Below, in pieces: positions 15,334-23,649 of a stretch of DNA of 32,000 bases (position 1 is its first letter; each line of letters opens with the position of its first letter). The DNA lies in the NCBI GenBank assembly GCA_016432445.1, contig CP066689.1, positions 30,001 to 62,000 on the forward strand. The letters are read 5' to 3'. Under the pieces are notes generated by a model. It was given only the letters and a program-made list of their open reading frames with translations, did not search any database and was not told the DNA's origin. This DNA is from Candidatus Saccharimonadota bacterium (GTDB taxonomy: Bacteria; Patescibacteriota; Microgenomatia; UBA1406; GWC2-37-13). Made by a program: the position numbers and the translations under genes.

Positions 15334-17613
15334 TCATTGTAGTTGTCTCCAGTCATAAACTGATGATGAGAAATATGGTAACAGATCAAAATAATACTTG
15401 GGATCAAAAACTATAAATAATGACGGTTTAAAAAGATCATTAGACCGCGACCTTAAAGTTGTATCAGTGGTATTGCTTGAAACAACATTTCCTTTTATTT
15501 TTAACGGCGTAGTGGTTGAAACGGATGAAAAGTTTATAGTGTCTGCCACAAAAAGACCACTAGCCTGAGTCATTTTAGGACCAAAGGTAATATCGCCTGT
15601 TGCAATAATAACCACACTAGCATCACCATTATTAAAGTCGCTGCTTGACGTATCATCAATTAATACATCCCCATCAACTACCAAAACCATCGGAGCTTTA
15701 ACCGTAACTGTACTTGATGCTACAGTTGTCCCTACTCCTGTTGCTGTTGATCCAACAGCAAGATTACCTGTAAAAACATTAATTGTGCTGGGATCAAGAT
15801 CACTGTAAATATCAGTGACTGCAGTGTGAGATTTTCTTGATCTAACATAAGTAAGATAGCTTGAAGGACTAAAAGAATTACTGACGCTATAAGACATATT
15901 TTTCCAGTTAGCAGAGGAATGCTTAGGGTTAGCTTCAGGATAGCCGATAGAGATATTCCCAGGGCTTAAGATAGTACCGGCTGTATTAATTATCATATAT
16001 TTTTGTGAAACATCATCATCACCTGTCCCATCATAAGCCACTAAGTTAAAGGGAATAATATTGTTTCTTGAGATCTTGCTGTTAAAAGCGGCTGTATTAA
16101 GCTTAAACCAAGAACTGTTTTGATATTTGAAAAATATATCTTTTGTAAAATTATTGGCAGGTATTGCCGATTCAACATCAACTGCGATAGCAGTATCATT
16201 GCTGTCAGTACAATTGACAACTCCAGTATCAGCTCCGCGCCAGGTAATTGGATTGTAGCCACCATTAGGATAGTTTGAATAAAGAGTCAAATTCTGTACT
16301 GGTGTGACGTTAGGGGTAGTTTGATTATTAAAGGTAACATTACAGCTATAGCTGCTGCCGTTGTTAGTACAGGTTGAAGAAACTCCGGCAGAGGAAGCCG
16401 GCGTAATGGCAATTGTCAAAACAGGATTGGGAGTGAAAGGTGTTTGGCAGGAGTTACTGCTTGTGCCAGTATCTTCCTGATAATTTCCTTCAATATGAAC
16501 TGTAGGATAAAGAGTCGGGGTCACCACATCAATGATTGCTTGCGGGTCGTTTGAACCGTTGCCGCAGTACTTCCAAGTAGGATTCGGGTAAGTAATAAAG
16601 GGATTACCAGTGCATTTATTATTTGTTGTGTCAGCCGGATCATAAGCTACGCAGACTGCGTAAAAACTGCCGGCGCCTGTCAAGGTAGTATCGTAGTTTG
16701 TCGTCAGTGATGTTACATTATTGGCATTTGGAGAACTAAAAGGTGCTTGAGACCAGGCGGCTCCTGAAACCGGACTATTCCAGTGACTCAGGTTCATTGT
16801 TGTCGTATTTCCAACTCCATTCCAAGTTGTTTTTGAGCCGGCCACAGTTAAAGCGTTAGCATATGTTTTGCGATAAACTGCCTGATAATGTCTGGGTGGG
16901 CCAACTGCGGTTTGAGTCAAGCCTGAGACAGTAAGATTACATTTAATAGCCGGAGTAGGAGTATTGGTCGGCCAGGGAGAAGTAGGAGTTGGATCCCCTC
17001 CACCGCACGTCAGCCATGAGTTGTAACAATTATCGCCACACAATCGCCATCCGCCAGCACAGGCTGTACAGTCGTACGTGCCGCAACCTACTGCTGTAGT
17101 GGGCGTTGGCCCCCCTCCAGTTGGTGTCGGATACACACATCCACTGCAGTCTGAATAACAGTTACCGCCAGCTACATTACAGCGTCCTACTCCACCGCTG
17201 CATTCATTAGGGCACTGTGCGCCCGGACAGCCGGCATCACTAGTACAGGCTACCGGCCACTCACAAGCCCGACTCGCCCAACACGTCCCCGTACAATCTG
17301 CATTGCTGCAATATGTCGTGTACAAAGTATTATCAGGGCATGTTGTATCTCCACAATTTGTGTCACCCGGTGCGGCGCACCACCCTGAAAACTCCACACA
17401 ACAAGCATCGGCATTTGATCCATCCTGTTCACAACACTGGCCTATGTTAGCACCGCAATCTGCTCCAGGAACAGGAGTATCTGTTGGGACAGGCGTATCA
17501 GTCACATACTGAGCAATAACCGGCTGAACTGCAGATAAAGGCAAAAAAGAGTTTCTTATAAAGAAAGCGGCAAATAGCAGAAAAAAAACAACACAGGCTG
17601 TTCTTACAGTCAT
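15334..17613 (-). CDS. Secreted 759-aa protein: signal peptide, T/P linkers, extremely Cys-rich N-terminal domain, large Asn/Thr/Ser-rich body (candidate pilus-associated adhesin)
   Basis: The signal-like N-terminus is MTVRTACVVFFLLFAAFFI..AVQPVIAQ. I counted 26 Cys between aa 53 and about 205 (nt about 16998-17457). The ORF lies immediately upstream of the PilX_N-like gene on the same strand. No family motif was recognised. Confidence 0.55.
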   Translation of the reverse strand: MTVRTACVVFFLLFAAFFIRNSFLPLSAVQPVIAQYVTDTPVPTDTPVPGADCGANIGQCCEQDGSNADACCVEFSGWCAAPGDTNCGDTTCPDNTLYTTYCSNADCTGTCWASRACEWPVACTSDAGCPGAQCPNECSGGVGRCNVAGGNCYSDCSGCVYPTPTGGGPTPTTAVGCGTYDCTACAGGWRLCGDNCYNSWLTCGGGDPTPTSPWPTNTPTPAIKCNLTVSGLTQTAVGPPRHYQAVYRKTYANALTVAGSKTTWNGVGNTTTMNLSHWNSPVSGAAWSQAPFSSPNANNVTSLTTNYDTTLTGAGSFYAVCVAYDPADTTNNKCTGNPFITYPNPTWKYCGNGSNDPQAIIDVVTPTLYPTVHIEGNYQEDTGTSSNSCQTPFTPNPVLTIAITPASSAGVSSTCTNNGSSYSCNVTFNNQTTPNVTPVQNLTLYSNYPNGGYNPITWRGADTGVVNCTDSNDTAIAVDVESAIPANNFTKDIFFKYQNSSWFKLNTAAFNSKISRNNIIPFNLVAYDGTGDDDVSQKYMIINTAGTILSPGNISIGYPEANPKHSSANWKNMSYSVSNSFSPSSYLTYVRSRKSHTAVTDIYSDLDPSTINVFTGNLAVGSTATGVGTTVASSTVTVKAPMVLVVDGDVLIDDTSSSDFNNGDASVVIIATGDITFGPKMTQASGLFVADTINFSSVSTTTPLKIKGNVVSSNTTDTTLRSRSNDLFKPSLFIVFDPKYYFDLLPYFSSSVYDWRQLQ

Positions 17614-17655
17614 GTGTTGATGATAATAAAATCAGCGGTTTAATGCAAGTAAAAA

Positions 17656-19521
17656 TTACGGAAAGTATGGCTCTTCATGTTCATAAAGTTTATGTATATT
17701 TGATTTCCTAACCCACACCTGAGGCCATGGATCCATTGACCCCTTCAACGCCACTAAAATCCAATCTCCATCTATTCCTAATATCTCCACTCCTAATCCG
17801 TGCAAAACTGCCCCCCCACCCTTTATCCCAACTTTTCCATCTTTGGCTCCATCAGACCCATCATCATAGAGTATTGCTTCAATGACTTTAGTTGGGGTTT
17901 TATAGACTGGACCTGGAGTATTTTCTGCTTCTGGGGTAGGAGTATCTGCCGGTGGTTTTGGCGTGTTCGTTGGTTTTGGAGTGTTGGTTGCTTTTACCGT
18001 ACTCGTAGCTTTTGGCGACGCTACAGTAGCTGTTGGGTCAGGCTGAATCTCAACCTCATGATCTGTATCAACGTTCAGAGTACTGATAGTGATACTTCCA
18101 TCTTTACCGTTAGCCACAGATATTTGTTCTATCACCCCATTAGGAAAAAGCCCATTTAAAAAATTCCCTGCTTTACTGATATCTATAACTTTAATAACTT
18201 TTTTTCCGTCTTTGTCATTAAATATAGTTAGCGTTTTCTTTTCCTGATCATACTGCATAAAGATTTTACCGTCAGCCGGCTTAGGAAAAGATACACGAGA
18301 TGAAGGATTTGGACCAGTGCCGTCCCGGAAAGTAATACCCCATTGCGAACCATCATTACTCAAAGCAAGCTCCATTCTTAACGTACCGTTATACCAATCA
18401 TCACCTTCTTTTACTACGCCGCTAAAATATAGTGCATTGGAAGGACCCTCTATATTGTCTATCTTGACCTCAATGCCAAATTTGTTGCCGGTTGGAAGAG
18501 ATTTTGATTCAATTACTTTGACTGTCCTGTCTTTAGGACCAGGATTACTAAATGTTAAAGGTGCCTCATTAACATATTTTTTTAAGACATACCATAAGGG
18601 AACTGTTTCTCCTCGATTAGCTGTTGCAGTAGCAACTACTATTGGATTATCTGTCGGTGATGCCGCCGGGCTTGAAACTGTAGTTGCAGTAGATTTAATA
18701 CCTGTTGTTGGAGTCTCTTGGGGCTCAGCATAAGCTGTTTTTGGTGAGAAGAAACCGGAAATTTGTCCAAAATTAAAACTGCCTTTTCTGGGGTAATTAA
18801 TCTGTCTGCCGCTAGCTAAATCAGTTACTAAAATTCTTTCAACTTTTTCAGGGTCATCTACATCTTTCATTGCATCTTCACGGAATTTTTGGTCTTTTAT
18901 CAAAGCCCTTATTCTTGCTTCATACTGTTCTTGAGTTTCCCCAGCCTTAATCGGAGGAACAGTTTTATCCAGCCAGAAAGTTATATAAGGAATTTCTTCT
19001 TTACCCTTAAACGCGACCTCTTGAATGGCAACTTTTTTTTCGTTAGTAACCGCAAAAACTATTCCATTTGGTAAAAAATTCCACTCATTACCGTTTTTAT
19101 AAACAACATAAGTGTCACCCTTATCCATAAATATCCTCATAAATCCAATTGACTCCTCCCCCTTTTTACTCGCTTTTACATCTAAAACAGCCATAATTTT
19201 CCCATTATTATGTTCAGTTAACTGACCTTGTAATTTTGAATCAATGGAAGATGGAGCTATTTGTCGATAAATAAAATCACTTTCAACTGCTGGACGCTCA
19301 ATCGAAGGTATCGGAGGTTCATTGCTTGAAGGATTGCTGCAGCCTATCTGAAGTACAGCGCCAACACCTGCGGCCGCAAAAGACCCCATAGTTCTTCTAT
19401 TAAGATGAGGTAAATAACTATTTACGATATCTAAGACTAAAAGGGATGTAAAAAGAGCATGTCTGCCTTTATTCTCTACAGCTCCTCCTAAGTGTTTTAA
19501 TCCCTCGCTGATGTTAGCCAT
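17656..19521 (-). CDS. Putative lipoprotein with twin-Arg-like signal, T/P-rich linkers and C-terminal SH3b-like domain
   Basis: NRRTMGSFAAAGVGAVLQIGC has an RR pair followed by an L-x-x-G-C lipobox (Cys61, nt 19339-19341). The C-terminus GIDGDWILVALKGS....QVWVRKSNI resembles bacterial SH3 (SH3_3). The true start codon is uncertain. Confidence 0.5.
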   Translation of the reverse strand: MANISEGLKHLGGAVENKGRHALFTSLLVLDIVNSYLPHLNRRTMGSFAAAGVGAVLQIGCSNPSSNEPPIPSIERPAVESDFIYRQIAPSSIDSKLQGQLTEHNNGKIMAVLDVKASKKGEESIGFMRIFMDKGDTYVVYKNGNEWNFLPNGIVFAVTNEKKVAIQEVAFKGKEEIPYITFWLDKTVPPIKAGETQEQYEARIRALIKDQKFREDAMKDVDDPEKVERILVTDLASGRQINYPRKGSFNFGQISGFFSPKTAYAEPQETPTTGIKSTATTVSSPAASPTDNPIVVATATANRGETVPLWYVLKKYVNEAPLTFSNPGPKDRTVKVIESKSLPTGNKFGIEVKIDNIEGPSNALYFSGVVKEGDDWYNGTLRMELALSNDGSQWGITFRDGTGPNPSSRVSFPKPADGKIFMQYDQEKKTLTIFNDKDGKKVIKVIDISKAGNFLNGLFPNGVIEQISVANGKDGSITISTLNVDTDHEVEIQPDPTATVASPKATSTVKATNTPKPTNTPKPPADTPTPEAENTPGPVYKTPTKVIEAILYDDGSDGAKDGKVGIKGGGAVLHGLGVEILGIDGDWILVALKGSMDPWPQVWVRKSNIHKLYEHEEPYFP

Positions 19522-19528
19522 AGCAAGT

Positions 19529-19556
19529 TTATCCTATAGGATAATTATCCTATAAT
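19529..19556. promoter_or_regulatory. Perfect 16-bp palindrome plus a third half-site overlapping a TATAAT box in a divergent promoter region
   Basis: ttatcctataggataa (19529-19544) is self-complementary. ttatcctataat follows at 19545-19556, with TATAAT at 19551-19556, about 70 nt upstream of ATG 19626. Confidence 0.45.
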
Positions 19557-19625
19557 GTTGATTATAGCTAAAATTTATTGTTTTGCAAGCCCTATTTACT
19601 TCCTTTATACTTAAAGATATTTTTT

Positions 19626-20783
19626 ATGCGTATTTATCAACTGCTGACTTTCGCTGTTTTAGGATCAATTTTATTTTTTCCTTACCAATTAGATACACGG
19701 ATTAATTACATTATTTTTATCTTTGGAGTCTTGCTATTACCCCTTTTTATTAAAAAAATCCCGCTTTTATTTCATGTCTTTAAAGAAGATTTAGCACGTA
19801 AAAACTACACTTCATTATTTTTTATTGGATTAATTATCTCTACCCTTATCTCAACTTTTTTTTCCATAAATCTCTCATCTAGTATTTTTTCCTTAATTCT
19901 GATTGTTACCTATTTTATTGTTTTTCATACTGCTAAATTTATTTTTCCTGATAATAAAGCCAAAAATAGACTAATAATTTTTTTTGTATTAATAAATTTT
20001 TTTCTGGCAATTATCTCCCTTTATTACACACTTATTAATTATGGTGATCACACATCAGGCGGAGTCAGTTTTATGCGAGTGTACTTTGGACATAATCATC
20101 TCTCGGCCCTTCTGCTTTTTTCAATTCCTTTAAGCTTTTATTTATTAACCTGTTTAAAACAAAAAATTTATAAATTATTTTTTTGGATAATCTTTGTTTT
20201 CTTAATGATAAGTCTTTACCTTACTTTTGCCCGCGTCTCAATTATCTCTTTATTAACAACTTTCCTGATTACTTTTTTCCTTTTATTTAAAATAAATAAA
20301 AGAATATTAATCTTATCTACATTGGTATCCTCAATTATCATTATCTTTATGCTTGCAACTTCAGTAAAGCGAGCTCAAGAATTAAAAATAAGAAAGTTCA
20401 ATACACTAAGTTTATCTGTCAGACTAGGCTATTGGCAACAGTCTTTTGATAATTTTCTCCAGCATCCTTTAATAGGCTCTGGACCTGATACATTTCGGAT
20501 TGTAAGCAAAAAAAGTCCGCGCAATATAAAACCCTATACTTTCTTTTCCCACAATTTATTTATTCAGTTGCTAACAGATATGGGCATTATCGGTTTTATT
20601 GCTAATTTAGGACTATTAATTTCAATAATAATTTCCTCTTTTAAAAAACTGCAAAAATCAACCCCTATGATTTATGCTATCTGGATCGGTATGACAGCAT
20701 TAGTTATTAACGGATTATTTGATTATGATTGGCAGATAGCCAGTATTCCTTTTATCTTTTGGCTTCTGGCCGGAATATTGTAA
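19626..20783 (+). CDS. O-antigen ligase/Wzy_C family membrane protein (WaaL / PglL-PilO-like)
   Basis: The protein is polytopic. HPLIGSGPDTF....SHNLFIQLLTDMGIIGF is the Wzy_C signature region. The start is taken at ATG 19626 (MRIYQLL), because the ORF-track start at 19578 is a TTG. Confidence 0.7.
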   Translation: MRIYQLLTFAVLGSILFFPYQLDTRINYIIFIFGVLLLPLFIKKIPLLFHVFKEDLARKNYTSLFFIGLIISTLISTFFSINLSSSIFSLILIVTYFIVFHTAKFIFPDNKAKNRLIIFFVLINFFLAIISLYYTLINYGDHTSGGVSFMRVYFGHNHLSALLLFSIPLSFYLLTCLKQKIYKLFFWIIFVFLMISLYLTFARVSIISLLTTFLITFFLLFKINKRILILSTLVSSIIIIFMLATSVKRAQELKIRKFNTLSLSVRLGYWQQSFDNFLQHPLIGSGPDTFRIVSKKSPRNIKPYTFFSHNLFIQLLTDMGIIGFIANLGLLISIIISSFKKLQKSTPMIYAIWIGMTALVINGLFDYDWQIASIPFIFWLLAGIL

Positions 20784-20792
20784 TATCTTTAA

Positions 20793-22208
20793 ATGAAAAA
20801 TAAAAAAGAAAGACTAATACTTGGCTTAATAATATTAATAGGAGCTTTTCTTAGGTTCTTTAATCTGGGCAAAGAAAGCCTCTGGCTTGATGAGGCGTAT
20901 TCAGTAAAACTAGCCAATGTAAATTTTTTTCAAATTTGGGACAAGGTAAGAACAAGTGATGTCCATCCTCCTTTTTATTATATGCTACTAAACCTCTGGA
21001 TTAAAACCTTTGGTGACTCTGAATTTGCTGTACGTTCTCTTTCCGTAGTTTTTGGCATCTTAAGCATATTTATGATTTATAAATTAACACAACTGCTTTT
21101 TAATAAAAATACAGGCTTAGTTGCTGCTTTAATTTTAGCGTTATCACCTTTTCATATCCAATATTCTCAAGAAGCCCGTATGTACAACCTGCTGGTGTTT
21201 CTAATTATTCTTTCCATGTATTTTTTCGTAAAACTTTTGAATAACCCCAATGGCAAAATATTAATCGGTTACTTGCTAACAGGAACATTGTTAATGTATA
21301 CCCATTATTATTCTGTATTTATATTTATTGCTCAAAATATTTATTTATTTATTTACGCTATTTTTTTTAAAAAAGATAAAAACTTAATTAAAATCTGGCT
21401 CATTTTACAGATAGTGTTATTCTTCTCTTTTTTTCTTTGGATATTAGTTTTTATCAAACAAATTCATAGCTCCGCGGCATCGTGGATTCCCCCACCAACG
21501 ATCAATCTACTTGGCCAAACATTTTTATCTTACTCGGGATCAGAATATTTATTAATCATGTTTTTAATCTTATTACTAATAAATAATCATTTTAAAAAGA
21601 GCATTCAAAATGGATCATTTTTATTAATATGGCTTTGGATACCTATCATTTTGCCCTATGTAATTTCTATATTCTTTATGCCCATATATACTATCAAAGT
21701 AACTATTGTCGCAATGCCGTCATTCTATATTTTAGTAGCCAAAAAAATAAACGATATTAACCGAAACTTTATAAAATGGTCTTTTATTGGAGCCATGATT
21801 ATTTTTTCCCTAATTATCTTATGGCAGAAAAACATGCATATTTACAAAGAGCAATGGAGGGAAGTTGCTCATTACATTGACGCGCAAGCTATCAAGGGAG
21901 ATGTGTTGTTATTTAATGAACCTTATCTTCAAATACCTTTTGATTATTATTCTAAAAGAAATGACATTAAAAGAATCCCTCTTAATTTTAATACTTCTTT
22001 AGAACTTACTGAAAAAGAAAAAAATGATTTAAAGGGAATTACCGAAAAATATCAAAGATTTTGGTTTATACAATCTCATATTACCAATGCAAAGATCGTT
22101 CAAAAAAATCTTAATAGTTCTTTTAAAAAAGTCTTTTGCCAACAGTATAAAAATATTAAAGTATGCCTTTTTATAAAACGCCTTAAACCACTCAATGCAC
22201 ACTATTGA
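20793..22208 (+). CDS. GT-C glycosyltransferase, family 39/83 (PMT_2 / ArnT-like)
   Basis: The N-terminus has RFFNLGKESLWLDEAYS (first-loop D-E motif), DVHPPFYYMLL and ALSPFHIQYSQEARMYN, with about 11 TM helices and a soluble C-terminal domain. Confidence 0.75.
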   Translation: MKNKKERLILGLIILIGAFLRFFNLGKESLWLDEAYSVKLANVNFFQIWDKVRTSDVHPPFYYMLLNLWIKTFGDSEFAVRSLSVVFGILSIFMIYKLTQLLFNKNTGLVAALILALSPFHIQYSQEARMYNLLVFLIILSMYFFVKLLNNPNGKILIGYLLTGTLLMYTHYYSVFIFIAQNIYLFIYAIFFKKDKNLIKIWLILQIVLFFSFFLWILVFIKQIHSSAASWIPPPTINLLGQTFLSYSGSEYLLIMFLILLLINNHFKKSIQNGSFLLIWLWIPIILPYVISIFFMPIYTIKVTIVAMPSFYILVAKKINDINRNFIKWSFIGAMIIFSLIILWQKNMHIYKEQWREVAHYIDAQAIKGDVLLFNEPYLQIPFDYYSKRNDIKRIPLNFNTSLELTEKEKNDLKGITEKYQRFWFIQSHITNAKIVQKNLNSSFKKVFCQQYKNIKVCLFIKRLKPLNAHY

Positions 22209-23649
22209 AAAATTTCTACACAGTGTAATTTGGTTTTCCTTAGGTTTAGTCCTTCACAGAATTAAATATATTCTGCTTAGTCTTATTGTATTTCAGCTTG
22301 GAACTACCAATGTTGCCATCTTTTATATAAGTATTTATTTAATGACAGAGTTTTCTTCTTTTGCCAATAGGCTCACTTCATCAAGCTACAACCGATTCTT
22401 AAGAGATAAAAGATTTAGCTTTGATAAAGAGCATCTTAATGCTGTCATAAACTCTACACTTCAACTTTCGCTAATCTTGGGATTAATAAACGCTTTGATG
22501 ATCTTTTTTCTTGCTGACCCAATCGCTAATCTTATTAAAAACAGCTCTTTCTCACAGACTATAAAGCTTATGTCACTGGCTGTACCTTTTCTTGTAGTCA
22601 CAAATCAAGTCATCCAGATATTGTCCTTGCTTACAAAATATAAAGAAGCTGTAATATTTCATAATATTATCGAATCTCTGCTTGTCTTATCTTTTGCCGG
22701 AATTGCTTTAACTTTTTTTAAGCCATCTATCTACACTATCCTTTCCTGGCAAATCGCGGCCATCATAATCTCTTTCATTATTGCCTTAGGACTGCTCTAC
22801 CGCAGTTTACCTAGTTTCAAACTAAATCTAACCTTACTGGCAATTCCTATCAGGATATCCTCAGTTATTTTTTTAAACTCAACCTTTATTTTACTACTGA
22901 ATCATATTGATATTTTTATAGTTGGGGCATTATTTGGAAGCAAACAGTTAGGAAGCTATATCGGCCTGCTTGTTGCTCCTCACCTTATTTATGCCATTGC
23001 CACTAATGTGTTTGGAATGTTTATACATACCGCCGATTCTTTTTTTGCAGATACCAAAAAAGTTACTGTTTTTTCAAGAAAAGTCATTGAATCAATACTT
23101 ATCTTAGCTTCGCTTTTAACGCTGTTTTTGCTTCTTTTTCCACAAGAAACTCTTCAAAATATTCTAAGATTGCATATCAGAATTGAACCTTTAACCTTAA
23201 AACTGCTTTCATTGTCTTTTTTTATCCGTATAATTGCCTGGATGGCAGGCCAAATTCTTATTGTAACTAAACATTCTGATAAAAATATGCAGATTAATGT
23301 TTTTATCTCATTAATTGCTGCTCCTTTATTTATATTTTTTATTCCTAAATATGGTTTTTTTGGAGCTTCTTTATCTTTCCTATTAATTTCTCTTTGTGAT
23401 GTTTTACTTAAAACATTATTTGTTTATACCAAAACTTCTGTATCCTTTATCTCCGTCAAAGCTATAAAAATCTTATTAATAGGATTATTTTTTTATATAA
23501 TTAATGGGCTTGTACCAGTAAACTTTAATTTTTTTGTTATCTATTTTCCTTTTTTGTTTATAGCAGTTTTATTTTTACTAAAGGGTATTGAGCTTGAGGA
23601 TTTTATTTTGTTAAAACACAAACTTAATAAAAAAAATAATGCTGAATAA
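22195..23649 (+). CDS. Polysaccharide biosynthesis / Wzx-like (MOP superfamily) flippase
   Basis: This is a 484-aa protein with about 12-14 hydrophobic helices, positioned between GT genes. Its start overlaps the upstream stop by 14 nt and its stop overlaps the downstream start by 11 nt. The assignment rests on topology and context only. Confidence 0.5.
   Translation: MHTIEKFLHSVIWFSLGLVLHRIKYILLSLIVFQLGTTNVAIFYISIYLMTEFSSFANRLTSSSYNRFLRDKRFSFDKEHLNAVINSTLQLSLILGLINALMIFFLADPIANLIKNSSFSQTIKLMSLAVPFLVVTNQVIQILSLLTKYKEAVIFHNIIESLLVLSFAGIALTFFKPSIYTILSWQIAAIIISFIIALGLLYRSLPSFKLNLTLLAIPIRISSVIFLNSTFILLLNHIDIFIVGALFGSKQLGSYIGLLVAPHLIYAIATNVFGMFIHTADSFFADTKKVTVFSRKVIESILILASLLTLFLLLFPQETLQNILRLHIRIEPLTLKLLSLSFFIRIIAWMAGQILIVTKHSDKNMQINVFISLIAAPLFIFFIPKYGFFGASLSFLLISLCDVLLKTLFVYTKTSVSFISVKAIKILLIGLFFYIINGLVPVNFNFFVIYFPFLFIAVLFLLKGIELEDFILLKHKLNKKNNAE

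Noticed and set aside
17250-18733. ORFs 17250-17432 (-), 17303-17512 (+), 17800-18159 (+) and 18317-18733 (+), overlapping the 759-aa and 621-aa genes
   Set aside because: Local GC enrichment lowers stop-codon frequency in the off-frames. The translations (for example WFWRVRWFWSVGCF) look like frame artefacts of T/P-linker coding DNA.
14440-19521. Diversity-generating retroelement targeting the surface proteins
   Set aside because: No reverse-transcriptase ORF exists in the window, and I could not spot a template/variable repeat pair differing at adenines.
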